A stretch of 58,737 bases of DNA, counting the filler, from Malassezia furfur (lineage: Eukaryota), in the NCBI GenBank assembly GCA_052055015.1. It is 3 parts of 3 records of this genome, joined end to end, with 100 filler letters (N's around TTAATTAATTAA, not from the genome) between each part and the next. Parts side by side here need not be neighbours in the genome. Positions count along the whole stretch, not along the records: positions 1 to 19,562 come from JBQJIT010000186.1; 2 more parts are not named here. One strand, written 5' to 3'. Every line of letters starts with the position of its first letter. Position 1 is the stretch's first letter. The translations under genes and the position numbers were made by a program. The notes under the pieces are model-generated. The model saw only the letters and a list, made by a program, of their open reading frames with translations. It was not told where the DNA came from and ran no database searches. This document shows positions 1-10,255 of this stretch, in pieces.

Positions 1-965
1 GGTTTGGGGCGGGTGTTACGGGCTGGGGGGCGGCGCCTGGTCGGCTCTGCCGACGATGCTTGGGCCGCCTCGTTTCCCTGGCCCAGGTCGATCAAGTCAG
101 TCGCCGGTGCCTCAGTCGCTGATGCCTGCGTATCGGCGGGTGTATCTGCCTCGCGACCCGGTTTAGGCCGCACGGGAGGAGGCGGCTTTTTAACGGACGC
201 ACCCTCAACACGCTCGGTGCGCGCAGGAAGCAAGGGTTTCGCTGTCTCGCTCATATCTTGGGGTATAGGCCGGCTCTCCTCCGACTTGTCCTGTGGTGCC
301 GCACTCGCACTACTCGCACTTTCCGTCTTTTTGCTGGATATTGCACCATGGTCTCGTTCGACGTCACCGGCCTCCGCCTCTGCTGCCTTTGTCGTAGGGG
401 CCGTTTCAGAGGGCGGCGAGCTGAGGGGCGCACTCATCTCGCTTGATGGCCGAGAAAGGACCGGTTTGGGTTTCAACGCAGGTTTTGATTTCAGGTCGGG
501 CTTAGGTTTCAAGTCTGGCTTGGGTTTGAGTTGCGGTTTCGGTTTGGTATCGTGTGGGAGTGGATCGGTAGCCTCGGGGCTCTTGGCTGTGTCTGCTGCT
601 TCCGGCGACAGAAGGTCAGCTGCAGGTTCCCCAGCCCTCCCCAGCTCCTGGGTCTTCAAAGATGTCACCTTCTCCTCCTCAGAGTCGTGGTTGACGGGGC
701 TTGGTACGTCTTTCGCGGGAATTGCCTCTGCTGTTTCACCTTGATTGCGCCGTTCCGGAGCGGCCGTAGGCGGCTTGGTCCACTTTTTGCCCGCTCCAAT
801 CGTCTCACTTGCATTCCCAGAAGAGGAGCTTTTCACACTTCCTTGCCCTCTCGAAGTGCCCCCCTCAAACATAGCACGCAGATCGCGCACGTTCGCTGGT
901 CTCTGCGACCCAGCCTCCGACGGGTCGGTCATGGCGGTGGAGAACCGTGCGCGGTCGTATGACAT
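1..965 (-). CDS. 5' part of a large protein with a disordered Pro/Lys-rich N-terminus (possibly an inositol polyphosphate 5-phosphatase or actin-associated protein); runs off the window
   Basis: Open frame from ATG 965 (MSYDRARFSTAMTDPSEAGSQRPANVRDLRAMFEGG...) to the window edge; KPKPxL repeats and PPPVRPKP; no catalytic domain visible. Confidence 0.6.
   Translation of the reverse strand, partial: MSYDRARFSTAMTDPSEAGSQRPANVRDLRAMFEGGTSRGQGSVKSSSSGNASETIGAGKKWTKPPTAAPERRNQGETAEAIPAKDVPSPVNHDSEEEKVTSLKTQELGRAGEPAADLLSPEAADTAKSPEATDPLPHDTKPKPQLKPKPDLKPKPDLKSKPALKPKPVLSRPSSEMSAPLSSPPSETAPTTKAAEAEAGDVERDHGAISSKKTESASSASAAPQDKSEESRPIPQDMSETAKPLLPARTERVEGASVKKPPPPVRPKPGREADTPADTQASATEAPATDLIDLGQGNEAAQASSAEPTRRRPPARNTRPK
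462..545 (-). repeat. Imperfect 18-bp coding repeat (KPKPQL/KPKPDL)
   Basis: About 5 copies of a 6-aa unit in the minus-strand ORF. Confidence 0.6.
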
Positions 966-1006
966 AAGCAAGTACTTGGCTCGCGCGCTCGCGGGGGAAA
1001 TACAGC

Positions 1007-2118
1007 ATGCCTTATCCCACCTTCTACTCAGAGTGCTTTCCGTACGTGCTTGGCTAACTGAAGTCCACAGCCGGAATGGTCTGCGAACAATATGCCCAGC
1101 CAAACGGGGCGTGTAAGTCGCTGGACTCACCCAGATCGCTCTCGTTACGGGTGGCAATTCGGGGATCGGCTTGGAGACGGTGCGCGCGCTGCTCAGAAAG
1201 GGTGCAAAAGTCTACATCGCCGCACGCAATGAGGCCAAGGCACGCAACGAGATGACCAAGCTGCTGCATGATAACACAACCCATAAAGGCGCAGTGGATT
1301 TCCTGCACTTGGATCTCGCAAGTTTCAGGAGCATCGAGCAGTTTGTACGCGAGCTGCAACGCCAGGAGCAGCGGATCGATCTACTTTTTAACAATGCAGG
1401 CCTTGTCATGCCTGACAACCAAAAAATGAAGACTGCAGAAGGCTACGAAATCCATATGGGCGTGAATGCTTTGGGCGTATATTACCTGACCATGCTTTTG
1501 GTGCCCATGCTAAAGAGGTCATATCAGCACAACCCAGAGCGTCCGCCTCGCGTTTGCTTTACCAGCAGCCTTGCACACCGCGCCGCGCCCAGTTGCGGAT
1601 TCGATCCTGATGATCCGAGTGGTGCCAACATACGCTTTCGTATGATTCCGGCCTACATGCAGGCATATGCGAACAGCAAGATGGCCAACATTCTTGGTAA
1701 GTTTTTGTTTTCTAGACTAATACCAGTGGCGCGAAAGCTCCAACGCAGGTATGGAAAAGATGGAATTATCTTGTATGTGCTATCCTTATGCAGCCATGCG
1801 TGCAACCCAGGGAATCTCAAAACGGGTATTAACAGACACGCGGGATCCTTGTCGACGATGCTACTGGCCAATGTGATTGAGCCCTGCCTCCTCTACTCTT
1901 CTGAACTTGGAGCCTTGACGCAGCTGTATGCCAATACCGCTCCCGAAACAGGCGAGGAGGGAGGACAGTATTACGTGCCGTGGGCACGTAAAGGCGCGAC
2001 TGCTCCTGCAGCGGATAGTCTAGAGGCACAAGATAAGGGTACGTTGCGCACTGACACAGCCGCGGCATATTTCGATGCACAAATTGCCAAGCACGCACAG
2101 ACGTATACAGATGCATAG
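1007..2118 (+). CDS. Short-chain dehydrogenase/reductase (retinol dehydrogenase/WWOX-like), copy 1; introns 1042-1063, 1113-1134, 1697-1726, 1773-1793, 2039-2059
   Basis: After splicing: MPYPTFYSECFPPQPEWSANNMPSQTGRIALVTGGNSGIG, NNAG, YANSK. Confidence 0.9.
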
Positions 2119-2182
2119 GTCCCTTTCTCCACATCAGTTGAGTGATAATTCCCGTGTAGCCCCACATCATCACTCCTGAGGC

Positions 2183-2189
2183 TATATAA
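2183..2189 (+). promoter_or_regulatory. TATA-like element upstream of SDR copy 2
   Basis: TATATAA just upstream of ATG 2199; a similar TATAAA lies at 3748-3753 upstream of copy 3. Confidence 0.3.
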
Positions 2190-2198
2190 CGAATCAGC

Positions 2199-3217
2199 AT
2201 GGTGTTGAGTGCAGTATTTCCGTGCGTCTCTTATGCTAAGCCAGTCCAGCGCCAAAGTGGAACCCGGAAACGGATATGCCGGACCAAACGGGTCGCGTAG
2301 GTCGAGTTACTCATACAGGTTGCTATCGTTACCGGTGGAAACGCGGGGATTGGGTTTGAAACTGTGCGCTGGCTGCTGAAGAAAAATGCCAAGGTGTACA
2401 TGGCATCCAGAAGCCAAAAGCGTGCTGAAGAATCTATTGCCAAGCTTAAGGAGGAGAAACTCCCCGGGACTGTCGAATTTATTCAGTTGGACTTGGCGGA
2501 TCTGAACAATATTAAGACGTTCCCTTCGCGTTTCCAGGCGAAAGAGGACCACATCGACATGCTTTTTAACAACGGCGGGGTGATGCTTCCTCAATCGGGC
2601 CCGAAAACTGCAGATGGCTACGAACTTCAGCTGGGAACCAACGCCTTGGGCCATCACTACCTTACCCAGCTCTTGATTCCCATGCTGGAAGCAGCGCAGA
2701 AGGCGAGCCCCGATCGTCCTCCTCGCGTATGTTTTACTTCAAGCATTGCACACCGGTTTGCTTCTCCGAGTGGATTTAACCCGGAGGATCCGACGGGTGT
2801 CAACACAAAGAGGCCGTTTTACATTCCGCAGGTCAACCGCGAGTATGGAACAAGCAAGTTAGCCAACATCCTGTCTGCCAACAAATTCCAGCGCGAGTAT
2901 GGCTCAAAGGGCATTGTTTTTACATCTGTTCATCCGGGTGCCTTGCGTACGGAGCTCATGCGTGACTGGGGCTCGCCCATTCGTCATATTTTGGGCTGGA
3001 TACTTTTGTACCCTCAAACGATGGGATGCCTCACGCAGCTGTATGCTGTGACTGCTCCTGAAACAAGCTCAAAGGGTGGCAGCTACTTTGTTCCTTGGGG
3101 ACGCGAAGTCGAGCCGTTGCCTATCGCGCTCGATCCGAAAAACCAAGATACATGTACGTGGATTAATCTAACAAAGTCGATGAATGGGTTTCAGAGCAAA
3201 TCAAGAAGCACACATAA
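2199..3217 (+). CDS. Short-chain dehydrogenase/reductase, copy 2; introns 2222-2244, 2297-2318, 3154-3176
   Basis: MVLSAVFPPAPKWNPETDMPDQTGRVAIVTGGNAGIG, NNGG, YGTSK; ends FDEWVSEQIKKHT*. Confidence 0.9.
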
Positions 3218-3803
3218 GCTCGTCAGACTGCGGCCAGCGGGGTGGCTTCCGAGTTTATTTGTAGCTTTTGCGCGAACTTTGACGTTTACCGTTCTGTTCA
3301 ACGCAGAGCATACGCGCCTCGGTGGTGGCTGTATTGTTTCCATTCAAACATTTCTTTTTTTTTTAACATATCCAGTTACTGATGCTGAAGCTTTATCTGT
3401 CGAGCAGTGACGAGTAAGGATCAGACCTGCTTTGCCCATAGGGACTCGCGCGTGAAATTCGTAGTAGCAAAATTGTTCGCACGGATAGGCGAGGTGTCAT
3501 ATTAGTAAAGCAGTACATCAGTTTAAATTAATTCAGTTCCACGGCCTGCTACGCAATTGCTCAGCAGTCACACCGTGTTAGGGTATTGCCGTTTGGGCCT
3601 GTTACTGTTCGGGGAAGCTTATGGAACTCCATGTGAGACGTCCCAAGAGTCTTGATCGCCCTTAAATCTGTCAAAAAAAAGGGCCTATGTAGTTGCGCAA
3701 TTACGCCATGCGTCAGGAGCTCCGCGGAGTTCTCCACATGAATGCTGTATAAATTGTGGGAGGGTCCAGGTAGCATTGCGTGGTGCCACAGAACAAACAT
3801 ACC

Positions 3804-4824
3804 ATGGTGTTGAGTGCAATCTTCCCGTACGTATAGCTACTTACATGGCAGTCCGCGTCCGAAATGGAACCCTGAAAAGGACATGCCGGATCAGACGGAT
3901 CGTGTACGTGGTCCAACTAACCTAGGTCGCCATTGTGACGGGTGGTAATGCGGGTGTTGGCCTTGAGACTGTTCGCTGGCTACTGAAGAAGAATGCGAGG
4001 GTGTATATGGCTTCGCGCAGTCAGCAACGCGCCGAGGAAGCCATCGCCAAGCTGGAGAAGGAGAACCTGCCCGGCAAGGTTACATTTATCCAACTGGACC
4101 TGGCGAATTTGAACAACATCAAGGGTTTCCCCTCGCGATTCCAGCAGCATGAGGACCATCTTGATCTTCTTTTCAACAATGCAGGTCTAGTATCCTTCAA
4201 ACCCGACCAAGTGACCGCGGATGGCTATGAGCTTCAAATTGGAACCAATGGACTTGGGCCCCACTACCTGACCCGGCTGCTCATCCCCTTCTTGGAGGCT
4301 GCCCAGAAACGGACCCCTGATCGTCCGCCACGCGTATGCTTTACGTCGAGTTTGGCCCATCGGTTTGCCTCTCCGGATGGCTTTACGCCTAAGGACCCCA
4401 CCGGCGAGAACACCAACAGGCCTTTCTACGTCTCTGTGGTTAACCGGCGGTACGGAACGAGCAAGCTCGTCAACATTCTCTCGGCCAACAAGTTCCAGCG
4501 TGAGTTTGGCTCGAAGGGCATCGTATTCTCGTCCGTGCACCCTGGTGCTCTGCGCACAGACATTATGCAGGATTGGAAGTCGCCCATGCACAAGTTCCTG
4601 CGCTGTGCGATTTTCTATCCGCAGTCGATGGGTCCCCTGACGCAGCTGTACGCTGCCACAGCTCCTGAGACGGCCACTAAGGGCGGCAGTTACTTTGCAC
4701 CGTGGGGTCGTGAGGTAAAGCCACTGCCAATTGTGCTGGACACGAAGAACCAGGATGTCTGTACGTGGCTACCACTGACGCAGTCGATGAATGGGTTAAG
4801 GAGCAGGTCGCGAAGCACACTTAG
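3804..4824 (+). CDS. Short-chain dehydrogenase/reductase, copy 3; introns 3827-3851, 3904-3925, 4761-4783
   Basis: MVLSAIFPPRPKWNPEKDMPDQTDRVAIVTGGNAGVG, NNAG, YGTSK; close paralog of copy 2 with the same intron positions. Confidence 0.9.
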
Positions 4825-5316
4825 GTACCCACGAGGTTGCCTTGGATGGAATGCACCGTTGCTGTTAGGGAGCTATGAGCCCTGTCATGCTCCAGTTCCC
4901 CGCCGTAGCGTGTCGCCTGCGGCGCATGTCGCGAGAGTGCGTGTGGAATGCATGGGTGCACGGGGTAGCCGAGATATTTTAGCTATCCAACCAGTAACTT
5001 TATTTGTCAGCGTGGCTTCGGGTCCGTAAGGCGAGCGTCCGGTTGGCTGGCACAATCTGCAGCTGCCGGTACATCGCTGGAACGAAAAGAAAGGACGTTG
5101 CTTGTTGTTCACCACCGCCTTGGGCAGTGAGCGACGGTAACCAACGTATGGTTGACCCTATCTCGAACATTCATACTGTGTTTCAGCGTGTGCCGACTGC
5201 TGCCTCGTCCTTCAACCACTCCCGCTTGACGATCCTTCTGAGTGACCTGGATTCCGAGCCGCCCTAAAACAGACTTCGCTCCGATTAACCTATGGGACAT
5301 CGTGCCTGCGCGTACG

Positions 5317-8019
5317 ATGCCGATCTTCAACCGTAACAACCAACCAGCTGCCGCTGCCGCCGCAGCGCCCGCGGCAGCCGACGGCTCCCCCGAGAAGCCC
5401 GGGACTGACAGCGAGACCAAGTGGTTCAACAAGCGGCCTGGCCCGCTTTCGTTCGCTGGCCTCTCAAAACTCGCGTCTAGCGAGAAGACCCCCTCGACCC
5501 CTCCTGCTACGTCTGCCAGGCAGGCGGCGTTCCCCTTCCCCCACACTGCTGCTGACGGACCCGGGCGTGTGGATGCGCCGCGCCTGTCGCAGTTCTCCCT
5601 CTCCCTGAATGACCTGGTAAACAAGGCATTCATCGCATCGAACACGTCGTCGTCGACCCAGGCGCCGCTGTCGTGGACGTCGCCGTTCAGCGGCGCGTCG
5701 ATCAGCACACCGCGGCTGCAAAACATCACCTACGGCAACAACCGGCTGCCGGACCGCGTCAAGGTCATTGAGATGACGCGACTCTTTATCCAGGGGCTCC
5801 AGACGGCTGCTGCGGTCGACCCGTATTTGCTGCGCGCCGTGTCGCGCGCGATCCTCAAGTCCATCTCGCAGTTTGTGACGCGTATCGAGTCGCTGTTGGT
5901 GCCTGCATCGCGTGACCCTGGCGCGCTGGTGGTCCCAGCGTCGGTCAAGGCCGCGCAGCATCTGCCTGCGGCGATGGAGTTCAACCTGGCGCTGATGAGT
6001 CTCGAGTGGATCGTGGAGGAGAGCTTGGAGCGTTGCCTGAATGGGCTCCCGCCGCTGGCACTGCTCAACTCGCCCAACATCATGGTGCCGACGTCGTCCG
6101 AGGGAGAGGCCGCGCCGCCGATGCCGCAGTACGTCCACGAGATCCTCTCGCCGCTGCGCGAGCAGATGGAGGCGAGTATTATCCATGTCGTGCAGCCCGT
6201 GCTGGTGCAGGTCAAGTCGTCGCTCGCGGCGTGCATTGCGCGGGCGAACCCTCACCCGTTCCAGCCGCAAGGGCGCAACGAAGCCGAGCGCGAGGGCGCA
6301 GGCGACTTTGGCGTGCGCATCCAGAGCGGCACGCCATGGCTCAAGGAGCTCGAGGAGCGCCTCGATGCATCGTACCGCCTGCTGTTCCTGCGGATCTCGG
6401 AGCGGTGCGGCCAGGACGGCCAGGCGTGGTTCATCTCGGTGGCGATCCACATCATCTGGAAGGGTCTGGTGGCCATCACCTCGCGGTCGGTGTTTGCACC
6501 TGCGAGCGTCGTTGAGGAGCAGTTTGCGCACACGTTTGGGCGCACATCGGGGACGACGCCGTCGAGCGTAGTGCTCAACTCGCTGCTCTCGGGCGACTTT
6601 TCGCACAGCCGGCGCGTCCCGACGCCGACGCAACTGGCGCACGCGCTGCGCTCCGTCGGCAAGCCCGGCGCGCACCGGCTGCGGCGCGCGCCCGGCGAGT
6701 CGTCGACTGGCAGCCACACGCCGATCGAGGGCGCGAACGACCTCGGCTTTGACGGGTGGAAGTCGCACTTTACGCTGCCGACCGATGCCGACTGCTACGT
6801 CATCCACCCACTGCTCGTCGCCGAGCAGCTGCACGACCTGCAGATGTTTGAGCGGCTCATGGTTCAGTTCACGGCGGACCTGGTCGTGCCGCCGCAGGCG
6901 CGCAAGAAGCGGCGCTCGGCAAGCCGCCAGCGCCAGTCTTCGGGCGACAGCGAGTCGTCGGTCGAGGCGCGCGCCGCAGCGCTCGACGCGGACGCAGCGC
7001 AGCGCGCGGCCGGCGCGCTCAGCGATGAGCCCGAGGCGATGCCGTCGCCGCACGACGACGAGGACCTGGCGCGTGCGGCGCTCAAAGAGGCACTGGCTGC
7101 GCTGCAGAGCACCGTCGTGGTGCTCCGCACGCTGCTCCAGGAGCCCGACACGCTCCAATTCTTTGCGATGCGCTCGCGCGCGCCGGTTGAGTCGACTGAG
7201 CAGTTCCTGTCGCCGACTGCGAGCCACGCGTTTAATGTGATTCCCGAGCTGCTGCTCATCCACATCGCCTTTTGCCGCATCCCGCCTGGATGGACCAAGC
7301 GCGACGAGGCCAAGGACGACGGCGATGCGGCGCGTGCCGACCTGCTGCCTACGCCGCCACAGCTGTTTGGCTACTCATGGACGGACTACGACGCAGCGCT
7401 GACGGGCTTTGCGGCCGGCGAGGCTGCCGCGTCGTCGCTCGCGCGGCTCTACCAGCCGGTGATTGGCCAGGTGTACCGTACCCTGGACGACCGGTGCGGA
7501 GACGCGTGCGACCATGCGCTGCAGCCCGACCGCGAGGCGAACGACGACGACGTGTGCTCGGAGCACTCGGATGTGTCCGATGCGGACATGGCGGGTATGA
7601 CGCAGTCGGCGCCCGCGCTTGAGAACCTCAGCCTCCAAGACCGCGGACGCACCGTGCGCCAGGTGTCGGCCGGCGCCGCAGCGCACCTGGACCTCGGCGG
7701 AACGGGGCGCTCGCGCTCGGTACACCGCACAGGGGGCGCCGGGCGCTTCTGGCGCAAATCGCCGTCGCAAAACAACTCGGCGCTGTCCTTCCATCTGCCG
7801 AATGCGCTGCCGCCGCGCGTGTCGCGCGCGAATGCGACGAGCTCGCCGTACCGTGCGCTTAGCCGGAGCCGGCGTGAGTCGCCTGTGCAGCAAAGCAGCT
7901 CGCCATCTCTGCCGCGGAGCACGACGCACACGCTTGCGCACATGCAGCGCAACGCGCTCAACATGTTTGACAGCGTGCTGCTGCGCGTCGGCCAGACGTA
8001 CCGCAGTGTTTCGCCGTAG
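5317..8019 (+). CDS. Hypothetical ~900-aa protein with a segment resembling the COG5 helical domain
   Basis: Long intronless ORF, first ATG 5317; segment FIQGLQTAAAVDPYLLRAVSRAILKSISQFVTRIESLLV recalls COG5; disordered termini. Confidence 0.7.
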   Translation: MPIFNRNNQPAAAAAAAPAAADGSPEKPGTDSETKWFNKRPGPLSFAGLSKLASSEKTPSTPPATSARQAAFPFPHTAADGPGRVDAPRLSQFSLSLNDLVNKAFIASNTSSSTQAPLSWTSPFSGASISTPRLQNITYGNNRLPDRVKVIEMTRLFIQGLQTAAAVDPYLLRAVSRAILKSISQFVTRIESLLVPASRDPGALVVPASVKAAQHLPAAMEFNLALMSLEWIVEESLERCLNGLPPLALLNSPNIMVPTSSEGEAAPPMPQYVHEILSPLREQMEASIIHVVQPVLVQVKSSLAACIARANPHPFQPQGRNEAEREGAGDFGVRIQSGTPWLKELEERLDASYRLLFLRISERCGQDGQAWFISVAIHIIWKGLVAITSRSVFAPASVVEEQFAHTFGRTSGTTPSSVVLNSLLSGDFSHSRRVPTPTQLAHALRSVGKPGAHRLRRAPGESSTGSHTPIEGANDLGFDGWKSHFTLPTDADCYVIHPLLVAEQLHDLQMFERLMVQFTADLVVPPQARKKRRSASRQRQSSGDSESSVEARAAALDADAAQRAAGALSDEPEAMPSPHDDEDLARAALKEALAALQSTVVVLRTLLQEPDTLQFFAMRSRAPVESTEQFLSPTASHAFNVIPELLLIHIAFCRIPPGWTKRDEAKDDGDAARADLLPTPPQLFGYSWTDYDAALTGFAAGEAAASSLARLYQPVIGQVYRTLDDRCGDACDHALQPDREANDDDVCSEHSDVSDADMAGMTQSAPALENLSLQDRGRTVRQVSAGAAAHLDLGGTGRSRSVHRTGGAGRFWRKSPSQNNSALSFHLPNALPPRVSRANATSSPYRALSRSRRESPVQQSSSPSLPRSTTHTLAHMQRNALNMFDSVLLRVGQTYRSVSP

Positions 8020-8097
8020 ATCGGGAATTTTCCTCAGATTGGTCATCGGGCGCAGGGTATTGGCTTGCCCCACGCCCTTTGTTCTTGCGAAGCGACC

Positions 8098-10216
8098 ATG
8101 CGTGGGGTCGGCGTACACTGGGTGCGCGCGATGCTGTGCGCGCGTCCGGCGCGCCCGGCGCTCGTGCGCTGGGCGCCCGGCGCTGTGACGATGCGCCGCG
8201 CGCTGTCCACCGACAATGCGGAGTCCTTCTCCCACGCTCATTTTGACAAGGACGCCCACAACGACGAGCAGCTGCCGGTCAAGGAGCACGCCGTGATCTC
8301 GACGTTCGACCTGTTCTCCATCGGCATTGGGCCTTCGTCGTCGCACACGGTCGGCCCGATGCGCGCGGGCGCCATTTTTGTGAACGACCTGCGCGAGATG
8401 GGGCTGCTTGATAAGGTGCACACGCTCAAAGTCGCGCTGTATGGGAGTCTCGCGGCGACGGGCAAGGGACACATGACGCCGCAGGCGCTCCTGCTCGGCT
8501 TCGAGGGCGCCGACTGCGAGACGGTCGACACCGAGAGCGTGCCAGTGCGCTATCAGGCTATTGTCGACGATCAGGTGTTGACACTCGGCAAAGATACCAA
8601 CGACACCTACCAGGACGCCAAAGAGATTCGGTTCAACTTTGACAAGGACCTCGAGTGGAAGTGGGGGCAGACACTCCCGATGCACTCGAACGGTATGCGC
8701 TTCAGTGTGTTTGACGTGAACGGCGACCTGCTCGGCACCAACGACTTTTACAGCATCGGCGGTGGGTTTGTGGTGAATGGCAAAATGGCGGTCGCCGACG
8801 AGCCGGGCCCGCGACCGATGCGCACCGACGACGCGACTACGGAGGATGCCTCAGAGCCCTCGGCGACCGCGCTGGATGCGCCCAAGCCGACCGAGGTGGT
8901 GCCGTCCGGGTCGGATAAGCACCCCGAGGATATGCTCGAGAATGTCTTCTACAAGTCACTGCGCCGCAACGACGCCGGCGGCGAGCGCCGCAGCGGTGTC
9001 AACATGTATGCCAGTGAGAAGGATCTGATGCCGAACATGATCCCCATCGCAGGCGGCACCCAGGCGGAGCCCGATGCGCCGTCGCAGGGCAGCAATGACC
9101 CGCGCTTCCCCTTCCACAACATGGCGAGCCTGCTGGCACTTACGCGCAAGCACAATCTGACCATTGCACAGATTGTGTATGAAAACGAGCTGACCTGGTA
9201 CACCCCGGAGGAGATCGACGAAAAGCTCATGCGCATCTGGAGCGTCATGGACGAGGGCATCCGTGCAGGAGTGCACAGCACGCAGGAGGTGCTGCCTGGC
9301 TCGCTGCGCATGAAGCGCCGCGCGCCCAAGCTGTATGCGCGGCTCATGCGCGGCCTGTACATGGGTCCGCGCCGCCTCGGGCACATGTCCGGCGATGGCG
9401 GCGACGCGATCGACCGGCCGAAGGGCGCGGGCGAAGTCGAGCGTCTGCCGAAGCCTGAGCGTGATGCATCCAATGTGCCCGCGCGCTACACGCGGCGTGA
9501 AATGCCCCGCACGCCCAAGATCCGCGGCTCGTTCCAGCACGAGGTGGTACCGGTGCCGCCGCGGCGCCCCAACTTCCCCGCCATGGACTGGCTGTCGTGC
9601 TGGGCGATCGCGACGAACGAGCAAGTGGCGTCGGGTGGGCGCATTGTGATTGCGCCCACCCTCGGTGCGGCAGGGATCATTCCGTCCGTGTTGCGCTATG
9701 TGGTGGAGTTTGTCGCCCTGTCGCCCGAGGACGAGGAGAACCTCGTGCGCACCTTTTTGCTGACGGCCGCGGCGATCGGTATGCTATTCAAGCGTGGCGC
9801 GACGATTAGCGCCGCCGAGGGCGGGTGCATGGCCGAGGTCGGCACGAGCTGCTCTATGGCGGCCGCGGCGTTTGCGGCGTGCATGGGCGCGAGCCCCGAG
9901 GTGATTGAGCAGGCCGCCGAGACGGCGATCGAGCACAACCTCGGTCTCACGTGCGACCCGGTGGACGGCCTCGTGCAGGCGCCGTGCATTGAGCGCAACG
10001 CCGTCGGCGCCGTCAAGGCGGTCGTCAGTGCGAATTTGGCGCTCTCGACGGGGGGTGACCACTCGATTTCGCTCGACGAGGCGATCCACGCAGCGCGTCT
10101 TACGGCCGCTGACATGCACATGAAATACAAGGAGACGAGGTACGCATCCACATTGACGCAGCCTGAGCGGCCTGGCCACCACGGTCAAGATCCCCGTCGC
10201 GGTGCCAGAGTGTTAG
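8098..10216 (+). CDS. Iron-sulfur-dependent L-serine dehydratase (SdaA-type, fused beta+alpha) with a predicted mitochondrial presequence; intron 10140-10161
   Basis: FDLFSIGIGPSSSHTVGPMRAG, SAAEGGCMAEVG, EHNLGLTCDPVDGLVQAPCIERN; splicing restores the C-terminus KYKETSLSGLATTVKIPVAVPEC*. Confidence 0.92.
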
Positions 10217-10255
10217 TATGTAGGTGTGTATCACGTAAGCATCGCTCTGCGGACC

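Noticed and set aside
3218..3803. AT-rich tract as centromere core or telomeric seed
   Set aside because: Too short and not AT-rich enough; only a single TTAGGG
5148..5267. 39-codon ORF upstream of the COG5-like gene
   Set aside because: No recognisable motif; a uORF cannot be supported without TSS data
5464..7263. Long antisense and alternative-frame ORFs (also 46005-47882, 24744-26042 and many others)
   Set aside because: Shadow ORFs expected from high GC3, overlapping better-supported genes
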